Both the position numbers and the translations under genes were made by a program. Shown one piece after another: positions 37,975 through 49,829 of a stretch of DNA of 64,000 nucleotides. The notes beneath the pieces are model-generated. The model ran no database searches. It saw only the letters and a program-made list of their open reading frames with translations, and had not been told where the DNA came from. The stretch lies in contig NC_086108.1 in assembly GCF_963921235.1 (NCBI RefSeq), positions 58,840,001 to 58,904,000 on the forward strand, written 5' to 3'. How positions within the stretch are numbered: the first letter of the stretch is position 1; each line of letters opens with the position of its first letter. The stretch is from Mobula hypostoma. Lineage: Eukaryota.

Positions 37975-39595
37975 GATGTCCTTTGTTGGGCTGTGCAAGG
38001 GGTTGGGACCAAACTGACAAAGGTCAGATGTTGCTTCTTTTGCTGTTGCACGTGATTATCTATTTATTTATTTATTTATTTATTTTTGACATACAGTGCA
38101 GCCAGGTGTTTGTTGACTTTCCTCTCAATGCCTTTTACAGTGGTCATGGGAACTCGTACACTGTGAAAAGCCAGAGCAGCCTTGGTAGAAGACCATGTTG
38201 GTACAGCCATGTCTTAAATTTAGTAGGGAGTCCGGTTTTGTTGATCTTCTTCAGCCACTCTTCAGTCTGCTTTACAGTGTCAGTGACATTGGCACTCTCT
38301 GTCATTGCTGTACTAAGCCACTTTCCAAGACACTTTACTATGGATGGAATGCCCTCTATGGATGGAATGACTTCTCCATGTACCTGAAGACTGAACTTGC
38401 TAGTAACCTTGCCCTTTTTGATCACCATGCATCTGAACTTCCTGGCCTTGAAAGTCATCCGAGCCCAGCTAGCTTTGCTGTCCAGGGTTTCCAATACCCA
38501 TCTTGCTTGAACATGGGTTACAGTGGTTACTGTGGTGTCATCCATTATCCCCCATATTGCAGGTTGTCAGATGCCGGGCTCCAACACAGGACCTTGGGTT
38601 ACATCTGCTGCTACTGATATGAAGAGGTTCATACCCATGACAAACAAGATAGGGGAGATGGTACAGCCGGTTGGAATCCATTTTTGGAGGTCTTGTCACC
38701 TGGTTGTAAAGTGGGCTGAGGTGAAGTGTAGCTTGAATCCTTCTAGGTAGCTAGTGATCATGTCTCGTGTTGCTGGCGGGATATGGTAGTGGTCCAAACC
38801 AACCTGGATGAGGATGTGTGGAATTGATCCGTAGCCATTGGCTAGGTCTAACCAGATGACTATAGGTTGCCTTTCTTCTGCCTGGTCTCGTGGATTCGTT
38901 GGCTGATTACTGAGGTGTGTTCAAGGCATCTTTCTGGATGGATGTGTTGATATAGTGGTTCTCCATTAAGAGATCAGCCTTCTTCTAAGCACTGAGCAGA
39001 AAATCTTGCACTCCACGCTAAGGAAGGAGATTGTTCTAAACTGTGTGATTAAAGGGGAATTTTCTTCCTTGGGAACAAAGCATTCCAGCCATTTTCCAGC
39101 TTGGTGGGATAGAACCTTTGGCCCAAATCTTCCGTATTATCTTCTACAACCTCCAGGGGAGTTTTGGGCATTTCCTATATACCTTGTAGGGTATACCACT
39201 TGATCCTGGGGCAGCCGATGACTTTGCTCTCTTGATGTTATCCTGACCTCCTGCCACATGGGCTCTGCCATGTTCAGCTCAGTTGTTATGATTCCTGGTT
39301 GGGGGACTTTTGAATTCTAGTCCCTAATTCTTACAGGGATCGCTGTGTGATTCCCACAGAAATTCCCTGGCTGAGAAGAGCCCTAGTGAACCTGAATTGC
39401 TTTTTAACAAACTGAGCTCTCCTTCTCTCTTTCTCCTTTCTTCGATTTTGCAGCTGCTCCACCCTCCTGAGCTTGCTCAGCTGTTTCCACAGCTTGCTGG
39501 TTCGGTCTTTGGCACCTACTTTACTGTCAGGTGAACTGTTTTTGAATTGTTTGCTCAGGGTCTTTATCTTGCTTCTCAGGTGACGAATCTTCATG
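37975..39595 (-). mobile_element. R2-group (Hero-like) non-LTR retrotransposon RT fragment
   Basis: MDD catalytic motif then QARWVL..WARMTFK..K.RCMVIKKGKV..IPSI..VKCLGKW..LP.KFK.W.YQHGLLPRLLW; WLDLAN.YGSIPH near 38850; GIPTGCTISPILF near 38670; basic N-terminal ERRRAQFVK..FRFTR.LL. Confidence 0.8.
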
Positions 39596-39599
39596 TTTG

Positions 39600-39710
39600 A
39601 TTTCTAGCTTTTCCCAGTGCTGATGAAAAGTCGTTGATTTGAAACGTTAATAACGTTACTTACTCTGCAGATACTGCCTGACTGCTGAGTATTTGTCATT
39701 TTTTGAATAT
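39600..39710 (+). mobile_element. Penelope-derived terminal fragment with decayed hammerhead
   Basis: ccagtgCTGATGAaaagtcgttgatttGAAACGTT followed by gatactgcctgactgctgagt, as at 48320-48465. Confidence 0.5.
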
Positions 39711-40983
39711 TTCCGTCTGCAATTGACACGTCTTCATTATTCTGACTCAGCCAGTTTCTCTCTTCATGTAAACACCTGACCTGCTGAGTAATTCTGGCAC
39801 TTTCTGTGATATTTTGTTTGGGAGTCTGTGTCTGCTGAAGTGCATTTAGCAACTGATATATTGCATATGTAATGCAGTGAACCACTGGGGTATTGTAGGA
39901 TAGGGATGGAATTTTTAATTGTGCTACATGCGCAATTTGGGATTCTGGAAGTTTATTTTATTGGTTACATCTCGTCTAATCTCTGTGAATGCATCATAAT
40001 TTTGTGTTTTCTCATATCTTACCCCTTCCCATATGTGGCAAAGGAAAATAATTAGAGCTAGTCATTATTTGCATCTTGTTAAGTTTGTGTGACTCAGTTA
40101 ATTCCATACTGTTAATTGGTTTTGACAAGGGAATAATGACATCTTGCTTTTTATTGATAAAAGAAAGCAGATTTTCATGTTGAGGCCAATGAAAATCTCA
40201 CAAAGTAAAAATACTTATGATTGAAGCTTTTAGAAGCGAGGAAATGTCTGATGTTATTATCGTCAACATCAAAAGCAGACGTCAAAATTCCATTTGACTA
40301 GTAAGGAATTCCACAATGTCCATAAGCTCAGAAATGATCATGCAGCTTGCATTCCACTCCCTGACAAAGTTACGGAGATATTATTCAATCCTGATAGTAT
40401 CAAAGTAGCACCGAGGGGAATTTCACGCAAACTTTACAGTAGTACCCTACCAAATGTCTTTGACTTTAGGATATGGACCAATAATTATATTTACTTTAAA
40501 TTATAAGGATCCACTGTTAAGTCAGCAGGTTTGAATTGGAAATGGGAGGACATTGTGCTGATGACACAATGCTATTTTTGCATTAGTGACCAAAAAAGAC
40601 TTTCTTTATCAGTTTATGCATTTCTCACTCCATTTATATTTTCAAGTACCGAATCTGTTCATAGCAGGAATACTGTGGCTGAAATTTGAAATATCAGAGT
40701 TCTTATTGGTACTAAAGACTTGTGTTTCATCTGTTCACACAACAGCTTCCTCACACTTTTATCTTCCTGCTTTAATAAAGTCATTGGCATTTTCAAAAAG
40801 TAATTGGATGTAAGGGCTGAATTCAAGCTGAACAATGCAAATTTACCTTCAGCATGTTATTGAAAGAAATGTAATTAATTTATAAATTTTGATATATTTC
40901 TGTCTTATATTTTCTTCTTTATACCTTTTTTTCACACTATTTATCATTTTTTTAATCTCCTAACTCCCTTTTTGCAAACTATC

Positions 40984-41150
40984 TCAGCAGGTCAGGCAGC
41001 AACTACAGAGTCAGAGGGGTAGGCAACATTGTAAGTTGAGATGTAATGCTGACTATCCCTTTGTCTCCAAAGTGTTGCCTGACCCACTGATTTCCTCCAG
41101 CAGCTTGTTACTTTTTTGTGCTCCAGCCCCAGTAACTGCAATTTCTTGCA
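40984..41150. repeat. Fold-back (palindromic) element made of Penelope terminal sequence
   Basis: tcagcaggtcaggcagca (40984) is inverted to tgttgcctgacccactga (41073-41090); inner arms also complementary. Confidence 0.55.
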
Positions 41151-43300
41151 TCTCCATTTCCTTTTCGTTCCTTTCCCTTTCATTACATTCTTTTCATCAT
41201 TCTTGTTCCTCAAAACCATTAATTCAATACAGAACTTTGAACTTCCATCAAGCTTTTCTTTATTGCCGATAGAACTAGCACAGTTAAAAAGAGCCAGAAA
41301 ACCAAATTAAAGATTACTGATAACTTTCATAATATAACAGCCTGAAGTTTCTTCCTGCATCTCTCAATTATAAAATGATGTTAACAGTGCAACATGGATG
41401 TAATTATGTTAGCACTGTTCTATTTTATTCCTGACATGGTACTTTGTGACAGATAATAGTTCAGATTTAAATGCAAATAAAGATTTGCTATCATTGCAAC
41501 ATTTGCAACCTCATCGTTGCACATTTTCAAGTGCAGCTTTCAGATGAAGTAAGGGTAGGGACCCAGTACCAGGGCTGTGTTTAATTCATTCCCTTTTTCA
41601 AAGTAACACATTGTTCCATTTTTATATTGTAATTTGGGTTTCACATTAAATTGCATGATTTAGAGTGATAGTGAAAACAGAGAAATAGTGCTTGGAGCTT
41701 TCCTTTTGCCCAGGCTGAGTTGCTGGGTGCTGCAAACTTGTGGCAAAACATGTGTATTGGGAGTAATTATCAGGTGATAAGATTATACAGGCGGTTTTCA
41801 TGTTAAGGTGAGTGAAGAAATTTATGATGAGTGAAAAAAACAAAATGCATAGTTATCAGGTGGAAAGAATTTGGGGTTTTGGGATAATTCCTCCCGTGGG
41901 TACTAACTCTGCTGATGTTGATGTTTGCACAGGAGAAATAGCTATTTCTGCACAGATTGAAAATTGACAAAGTATTCTATTGTGTATTGCTGAGTTTCCA
42001 ACTTGACAAGGGGAGCTCCAATTGAAAACCTTTCTCTCTATCGAAAAATCTTCCAATGATAAACAAGAATTAAACCACATATTTCCCTGGAAAAATTGAC
42101 ATTTATGAATGGGGGTTCCTCAAAATATATCTTGGTTGCTTTTACAGTTTGATTTTAGTTCATGACGTGCACACTTGAATCAAATAACCACAGACCTCCC
42201 ACCTCTAAATTCAAGCTTCTTTATATTCTCTACATTTTATGGCTTGCAGCAAACATTTGTCCTTTCACACAGGAGAATTACTTTATGAGTGGCAGCAGGC
42301 CTTGACAAATGGTTTATATATGGTAAAGCAGATTGCAGCTCCCTGGGTAAAACAACAGCTTTCCTGGCATGTTTGTGAATGTGGGACTAATTACTTTAAA
42401 ACGTGCAGCTTTATTCCTTCACAATTTTGCTTGACATATTGTTGATCGTGAATGTTTAAAATGCAGGCTTCACCAGTCATCCCATGTTGTTTTATAGAAG
42501 GTCCTCTGTACCATCTAAAAGTGATATAAAAATTAGCTCACTTCACCTCTCTCTGTCATTACTTGTGCTCCCCAGCTCCTTCCCACCCCGTGAACTGCCT
42601 GCTCCATGCAAAGTGCTAGCCTACAATGAATATAATATTCCAGTACTGTTCCCAATATATCATTTTTTGTCTTAGTAGTGAATTTTAATAGGTATTCAAG
42701 AATAAAGGGGCATCACTGTTGAATCAGATCCATCCTGACTCAGTCTGCATCATTGAAACCTTTTCCACTTACAGCAATAATCAGGAAGCTGAATTAAGTG
42801 AGATAGGACATTTCGTTGAACAATACTGAAACAATCTCCTGCTTAATGTCAACAAAACGAGAGAGCTGATTGTTGACGTCAGGAAGGGGAAGGAGGGTGG
42901 AAATGCACCAGTCTATTTTTGCGGGATTGGCAGGGGAGAGAGTCAGCAGCTTTAAATTCCTGGTCATTAACATATCAGGTGACTTGTCCTGGGCCCAGTA
43001 CATAGATGCAATCATAAGGTGTGTCAGAATCTTTATTTTCTTAGGAGGTTAAGGAAATTCAGCTTGTCACCAAACATGAACAAACTTCTGCGGATGTACT
43101 GTTGAATGTGTCCTGACTTGTTGCATCATGGTCTGGTACCACAATTCAAATGCAGAGGAATGTAAGAAGCTGCAGAGAGTACACATCAATACCTCATGGG
43201 CACATCCCTCCGCATCACTGGTAATATCTATAGGAGGCAACATTTATCATCAAAGATCTCCACTCTCTGGGCTATGCGATCTTTTTGCAGCTACCATTGG

Positions 43301-44018
43301 CAGACATTCCACCTCTCCTGGAAGTTCTGGGAGTCTCCCTGATGCTCGCAAATTATATACAATATCCCACAAATCAATTTTTTTGAGAGTGAGCAAGCGA
43401 GCGAGAGAGCGCGAGAGCGACTGAGAGAGAGAGAGAAAGAGAGCGACCACGAGACAGTGAGAGAGAGAGAAAGAGCGAGCGTGCAAGAGAGAGAGAGAGA
43501 AAGAGAGTGACCACGAGAGAGAGAGAGAGAGAGTGAGAGAGAGAGAGAGAGAGAGTGAGAGAGAGAGAGAGAGAGAAAGAGCGAGCGTGCGAGAGAGAGA
43601 GAGAGTGAGAGAGAGAGTGAGAGAGAGAGAGAGAGAGAGTGAGAGAGAGAGAGAGCGCGCGCGCCATGGCAGAGTGTTCCAAAAAAAAGAAAATATAAAA
43701 TGTACGTCACCCCAGACTACACTAAAGTGTACCCCTGCCTAATAGGGGTCAAAATAATGACAGTGTTGCTCGCTGCACTGTTTGCAACAGTGACTTTTCT
43801 ATTGCCCATGGTGGGTTAAGATTGTAAAAGACGTGTTGAGGTGAGTTTAACAGGTGTCATTCGTTCATTAGCATAGCTAACGTTATTTAAACTAGTTGGC
43901 TAGTGACTAAGGAGCTAATCTATTGCAGACATCCCACCTCTCCCGGAAGTTCAGGGAATCTCTGGCAAATTGATGGTGCTACCTCCTTGAAATGAGTTTT
44001 TGCAGGGTGGGATGTCTG
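43301..44018. mobile_element. Non-autonomous DNA transposon (MITE, hAT/Tip100-like) containing a (GA)n tract
   Basis: TIRs cagacattccacc / ggtgggatgtctg; flanks cattgg/tactgg (degenerate TSD); interrupts the Rex reading frame. Confidence 0.7.
43385..43662. repeat. Compound (GA)n microsatellite
   Basis: Directly visible. Confidence 0.95.
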
Positions 44019-46119
44019 TACTGGCAGGAGCTACAGAAGCCCAAAATCCCACACCACTCGGTTCAAGAACAGCAACTTTCCTTCAACCGTTTGGTTCTTG
44101 AACAAACCACCAACACCCTAATCACTATGGTTTAGTAACACTATGATCACTTAGATCACTCTGCACTAAAATGACTTCTTTTTTCTAATTTTTTCTTTTC
44201 TTGTAAAAATTGTGCTTAATTTATAATTTTCTTATGAATGCAATTTATTTGATGCTATGTTCCTGTGATGTTGCTGCAAGTAAATCTTTCATTGCATTTG
44301 TGCCAACACTTGCGTGTATACAAATAATAAACTTGACTATGACTGTCACTATGGCATTCACCTGCCCTGCTGTATTGAAAAATACCTTAGAATCTGTTGG
44401 TTGGCTGAGATGAGCTAATTCAGCACAGGGTATCAAATCTGCGACTGTATCTACATTGAATAGTATACTTCACAATTGATGCATTGGGTTCAAGCAATAA
44501 ATAACATTATCACAGAATCATGAAAAATAATATATATGGAAAGATCTGTATATTAATTGAATCTTGTTTATACTTCCGGACAGTCAATATGTTGCAAATC
44601 GATAAAATAGTATTTGGTGCTGATTTTCTTTGGGTATGAAGTGAATAGAAGAGTGATTATTCATACCTTAGCTGTGGAACTAGGTAATCTGAGTGGAAGA
44701 TTTCCCGTTCTACCTTCTCTCCAGAGATTTGTGAGAGGTTTCATTATTCAGGTAGGGCATAAAAACTGAGACATATTCTGCCATCTGTGGAGCAATGAAA
44801 GGGTGTTCTCGGTACTCTGATGAGGATTAGGCAGACATTGGGCTGACACAGAATTATACATGACTCTGGTGCTCATAACGCTGAATTGAGCTCTAACATT
44901 TACTTTCAACACTTTCATATAAAGAAAGACTACTCATTGGGAAACTAGAGAGAGCCATAGGCAAGAGATTAAAAAAATGTAAGCTGAGGTAAGCAATTGG
45001 TATGCAAATCCTCCAAATGCTAATAATACTCTGTTAACCCCACAAGGTTATAATTTCAGAAGATTAGTAAGCAAGTGGCTAATTTTAGAGGAATGAATTG
45101 AACAGGTTTTTTCTCTTTTAATTCCTGATGAAAAGAACATACCAGATATGCCATCTCTAGTTATGAGAACGGACTATCAGGTATATGTATGTTGTATCTT
45201 GTCACTTCCAGGCTGGTGTTGCTATCTAACGCTGTAGTAGGTGATAAATCCAATTCTTTGATGATGAGACAATTACGAAGTTCTGAATTTAGGGTGTAGA
45301 AGCCTACAAGTCTTACAACAGTCACATGCCTGTCCTTCACTAACATCTATTGGACACTGAAATAGAATGTGGTATATTATTCATTGGGAGAGGAAGGATA
45401 TCAAGCTTAATTTGAACAAATATCATCTTTAAACTGCGCCATGCGGAATTGCTGTATTGCAACATTTCCGCAAGGTACATACCCATTGTATCAGATTCGC
45501 AGGATGTACAATCAGCACAAGGTGATGTGAAGAAATAAAATGTGTTAGAGTTGCCATGAGCAGCTACTGGATTGTTCTTTATCTGAACTTGTAAAATAAA
45601 GGATGTTTTCAGCTTGATGCGGTCAGAATCAAGGCTGCAACATTAAAATCATGTGCACCTCATTGATTAGATAATGCGATGGTAATTATCTTTCTTTAGT
45701 GTAGCACTGATTTATAATGTATTTTTGGTTTAATTATTGTTCTGTGCTCTGTGTCAGTATGGCTCTAGAGGTTCTTATAATAAAGTATTTCAAAGGCATA
45801 ATTGGGACGCATGTTTGATTGGTATTGATTTAAAAGCTTCTCTAATGGCTGAGTGGGTAATTATATTACTCAAGGTTTAGAGAGGCATGAATGACCAAGG
45901 TAGCTTTAGATTCTCTCTAGAGCTCACATTAAACCACAGCACAGCAGTATCAGGATGCAAAATATGGCCTTTATATCCTGCTCTAGAGAGAAGGAGAAAA
46001 AACATCCATTAATATCTTCTTGACTCCCATCCAAAGACCATTGCTAGAAAGTACTTTACTGGATATTGAGCAAGGCGAGGAATGGACTTGATGTTCTTCT
46101 CGAGTGGGTTGCTGGCTTA

Positions 46120-47066
46120 ACATTAACATATAGAAGGAGATTGAAAATCTGGCTGAGTGGTGCCACAATACAACTTCTCACTCAATGTCAGCAAGACCAA
46201 CGAGCTGATTATTGACTTCAGAAGAAGGAAACCAGAGGTCCATGAGCCAGTCCTCATCAGGGGATCAGAGGTGGAGAGGGCCAGCAACTTTAAGTTCCTT
46301 GTGTTATCACTTCAGAGGATTGTCCTGTGCCCCACACATAAGTACAATTATGAAGAAAGCATGGCCGCACCTCTACTTCATTAGAAATTTGTGCAGATTT
46401 GGCATGACAGCTAAAACTTTGACAAATTTCTATAGGTATGTGGTAGAAAGTATATTCATTGGTTGCATAGTGGCCTGGAATGGAAACACCAATACCTTTG
46501 AATGGAAAATCTTACAAAAAGTAGTGGATGCAGCCCAGTCCATCACAGGTAAAGACCACCCCACCATTGAGCACGTCTACATGGAGTGCTATCACAGGAA
46601 AGCAGCATCTATCATGAAGAAACCCCACCACATAGGCCATGCTCTCTTGTCACTGCTGCCATCAGGAAGAAGGTGAAGGTGCCTCAGGACTCATACCACC
46701 AGGTTCAGGAATAGTTGTTACCCCTCAACCATCAGGATCTTGAATCAGAAGGGATAACTTCACTCAACTTCACTTGCCTGATCATTGAACTTCTCCCACA
46801 ACCTATGGACTCACTTTCAAGGACTCTTCATTGCATATTCTCAATATTGCTTATTCATTCATTATTTTCTTTTTTACTTTTGTATTTGCACAGTTTGTTT
46901 TCTCTTGCACATTGGTTATTTGTCTATCCTGTTGCGTGTGGTCTTTCAATGATTCTATTGAGTTGCTTAGATTTACTTTGATGCTCATAAGAAAGCAAAT
47001 CTCATGGTTGTATATGGTAACATACAGTATATGCACTTTGATAATAAATTTTCTTTGTACTTTGTA
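46120..47066 (+). mobile_element. Rex1/Babar-type LINE 3' fragment
   Basis: LNVSKTNELIIDFRR; LYFIRNLCRFGM; LLPSGRR; (ctttgta) tail. Confidence 0.88.
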
Positions 47067-47139
47067 CATTGTGAGATTATAGTACATTCACTCACATTGT
47101 GCTGATGGATTTTCTTCTTTGAGCTAATTAGATACAATT

Positions 47140-47420
47140 TTGGCAAGCTCATGAACACAAGGAAATAGGAGCAGTAGACCATCAAGTCCTTCAAGTCTGT
47201 CCCATCATTTATTACGATTGTGGCTGATTTAACTAGGCTTAACTCCTCTTCTGTGCTATTCCTTCATTCTCATCTATTCCTCAGTCTTTCAAATATGCAA
47301 CCACCTCCACTTCAAATACTTCCAAAGGTCCAGCCTCCACCACCACTAGTTAGAGAATTCCAGAGATTCATCATCATTTGTGAGAAGAAACATCTACAGA
47401 AGCAGAATGATTTGGAAGAA
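47140..47420 (-). mobile_element. CR1 3' end fragment
   Basis: gaaataggagcagtagaccatcaagtccttcaagtctg tail stem; gagaattccagagattca..gagaagaaa. Confidence 0.65.
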
Positions 47421-47429
47421 AGAGAGGTG

Positions 47430-48305
47430 CAGTGTCAGATTTAGATTCAGTTATTTATCATGTGTACATCGAAATATACAGTGAAATGTACCATTTGCAT
47501 TAACGACCAACACACCAATGATGTGCTGGGGACAACCTGCAAGAGTTGCTACCGAGTCTGGAACCAACACAGCATGCCCACAATGTTCAACAAAACAATG
47601 CATATAGCAACAATGACAATAACAGCAGAACAAAACAAGACAACAACAGCACAAGAAGACCCTTTTCCAAACTCCCACCTACCCATTTCATCACACACAA
47701 AGGCAGGCTTCCAATCCCAGCACAGGCTGCCTCCAGCCCTACAATCCTTGGCCATGGGCTCTCAGTGTCACAGTTATCAGATATGCAACCTCTAGTCCCT
47801 GGTCTCAACTTGCAGACTCAACCTTTGGGCTTCTAGCTCCGGACACACCAAGTTCTTGACTTCAGGCATTGACGTTGCCCTCAGGACTTCGCTGACCTCT
47901 GGGAACTGACTCCAGAATTCATCAATCACGGATTTGACCTTTGGGCCCTGACCAACCCAACCTTTGGGAACACTAACTTTGGACCTTGATTTCCAGATTC
48001 ACACAGTCCTCTGATCCTGGTGGCCTGAGGGATCACTGCCCAAATGGATCTCCAAATTAAGGTTCACCAACCTGGAACTCACTGGTCTCCACAGCACTTG
48101 TCGACCTGATCTCTGGGATGTGGGATCACTGATCTTTGACTGCAGAACGTTCTAACCTGGTCTCTGAATAGAGGCTCCTGCCCTGACTTCATTTTCTCTC
48201 ATCCCTGTCCCTCAGCCCAAACCTTGTCTCCTCTCCCTACACTGTCCCCAAAACCATCCCTAGAAACCTGAAGAAAATAACTAAGTCTAACCCAGGACAA
48301 ACATC
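47430..48305 (-). mobile_element. Non-autonomous element with Rex-type tail and degenerate internal tandem repeats
   Basis: cagattta/gattca tail plus tttattta; internal ~45-50 bp motifs (gacttc..ggaact..ccagaattc..tttgacc). Confidence 0.5.
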
Positions 48306-48319
48306 ATACCTCGAACACT

Positions 48320-48465
48320 GGCTCCTTTCCAGTCTTGATGAAGGGTCCTGGCCCAAAACGTCGACTGTCTATTCCCCTCCATGGATGCTGCCTGTCTTGC
48401 TGATTTCCTCCAGTATTTTGTGTGTGTTGCTCAAGATCTCCAGCATCTGCAGAACCTCTTGTGTT
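48320..48465 (+). mobile_element. Penelope-derived terminal repeat with mutated hammerhead (48329-48367)
   Basis: ccagtc-tTGATGA-agggtcctggccc-aAAA-CGTC-gactg; core has C>T and G>A changes. Confidence 0.7.
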
Positions 48466-49267
48466 TAAAGTCTCTGATTCAGTTTTGCCTGTCTTCTTTG
48501 GCCCTTCTTGTAGACGATTGGACAGATCAATTATTACAACAGTGCAGTGAGGTGGTACGAGGTAAAACAATAACAGAGTGCAGAATGTAGAAAGTACTAC
48601 TGTCCATTCAGGTATTTCCCAAATGCTTCTTGCATCATAACATAGCTCCCAACCTCCAAATATATGATTTTGAGCGTTCATTTTTATTACCTGTTTTATC
48701 TATGGTACTGTTTTTCTTGCATGAATTTTGGATTCTGACTCACATTAGTCTCACATTCTATGGCTTGAGCTGTTTCATCATTCCATCAATGAGAATAGTG
48801 CACTAATTGTAGCAACGATGAATGATTTGAGAGGGTTATGGAGCTGTCATTTACCGATATAGAACATTGTGTTTATTCCAGGTCTTCTTTGCAGCATAGA
48901 AAGAAAAGTTACCTGTATGGATGCAGCATATTATTCTCCCATCTAGGATGTAACATCACTGAAAATTGTTGTTACTCATTTGCATACCCTCAATAACCCC
49001 TAGTTAATGTCAGGCTAGAAGGTGATAAAGGACATACTGTAATACAGCACTGAGATGTTTTGTGATTATAATATCAATTAATATTGTTATATCTTTCTTC
49101 CTTAATGTAGTTACTCACATTGTGGACCAAGTACCAGCGGCTCTAATATCACCTAAAGTGCACTTTCTTCATATATATGTCTCAACCTTGTGAGATGGCA
49201 AACTATTTTCCTAGGATATTCTGTGTACCTGATTCAGCACTTAATCAGGTACACAGGATCGGGTACT

Positions 49268-49440
49268 TGGAGGGTCAGACACCCTGAGCCAATAGGCTGG
49301 TCCTGGACTTATTTCCTGGCATAATTTACATATTACTATTTAATTATTTATAGTTTTATTACTATTTAACTATTTATGGTGCAACTGTAATGAAAACCAA
49401 TTTCCCCAGGGATCAATAAAGTATGACTATGACTATGACT
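49268..49440 (+). mobile_element. Short 3' copy of the young Rex family at 28741-31135
   Basis: Near-identical to 30953-31135; (tatgac)n tail. Confidence 0.92.
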
Positions 49441-49829
49441 TAACCAATTCCTATAACATATACAGTGTCTATAAAATGTATTCACCCCCATCCCCTTGGA
49501 GGTTTTCACGTTTTATTGTTTTACAACATTTAATCACAATGGATTTAATTCAGCTTTTTTTGACATTGATCACCAGTAAAAAAAACTCTTTCATGTCAAA
49601 GTGAAAACAGATGTCTACTAAGTGATCTAATTTAATTATAAATATAAAACACAAAATAATTGATTGCGTAAGTATTCAACTGCTTTATTATGACACTCCC
49701 AATCATCACTGGTGCAGTCAATTGGTTTTAGAAGTCACATAATTAGTTAAATGGAGATCACCATATGCAGTCAAGGCGTTTCAATTGATTGCAATAAAAA
49801 TACACCTGAATCTGGAAGGTCCAACTGTT

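Larger units (their letters stand above)
42790..44350 (+). mobile_element. Rex1/Babar-type LINE 3' fragment interrupted by a MITE
   Basis: ERVSSFKFLVINISGDLSWAQYIDAII; reading resumes after 44018; (gactat)n tail. Confidence 0.8.

Noticed and set aside
43250..43742. SL- and RE-repeat ORFs
   Set aside because: Translation of the (GA)n microsatellite; not the RE-rich region of RBM25.
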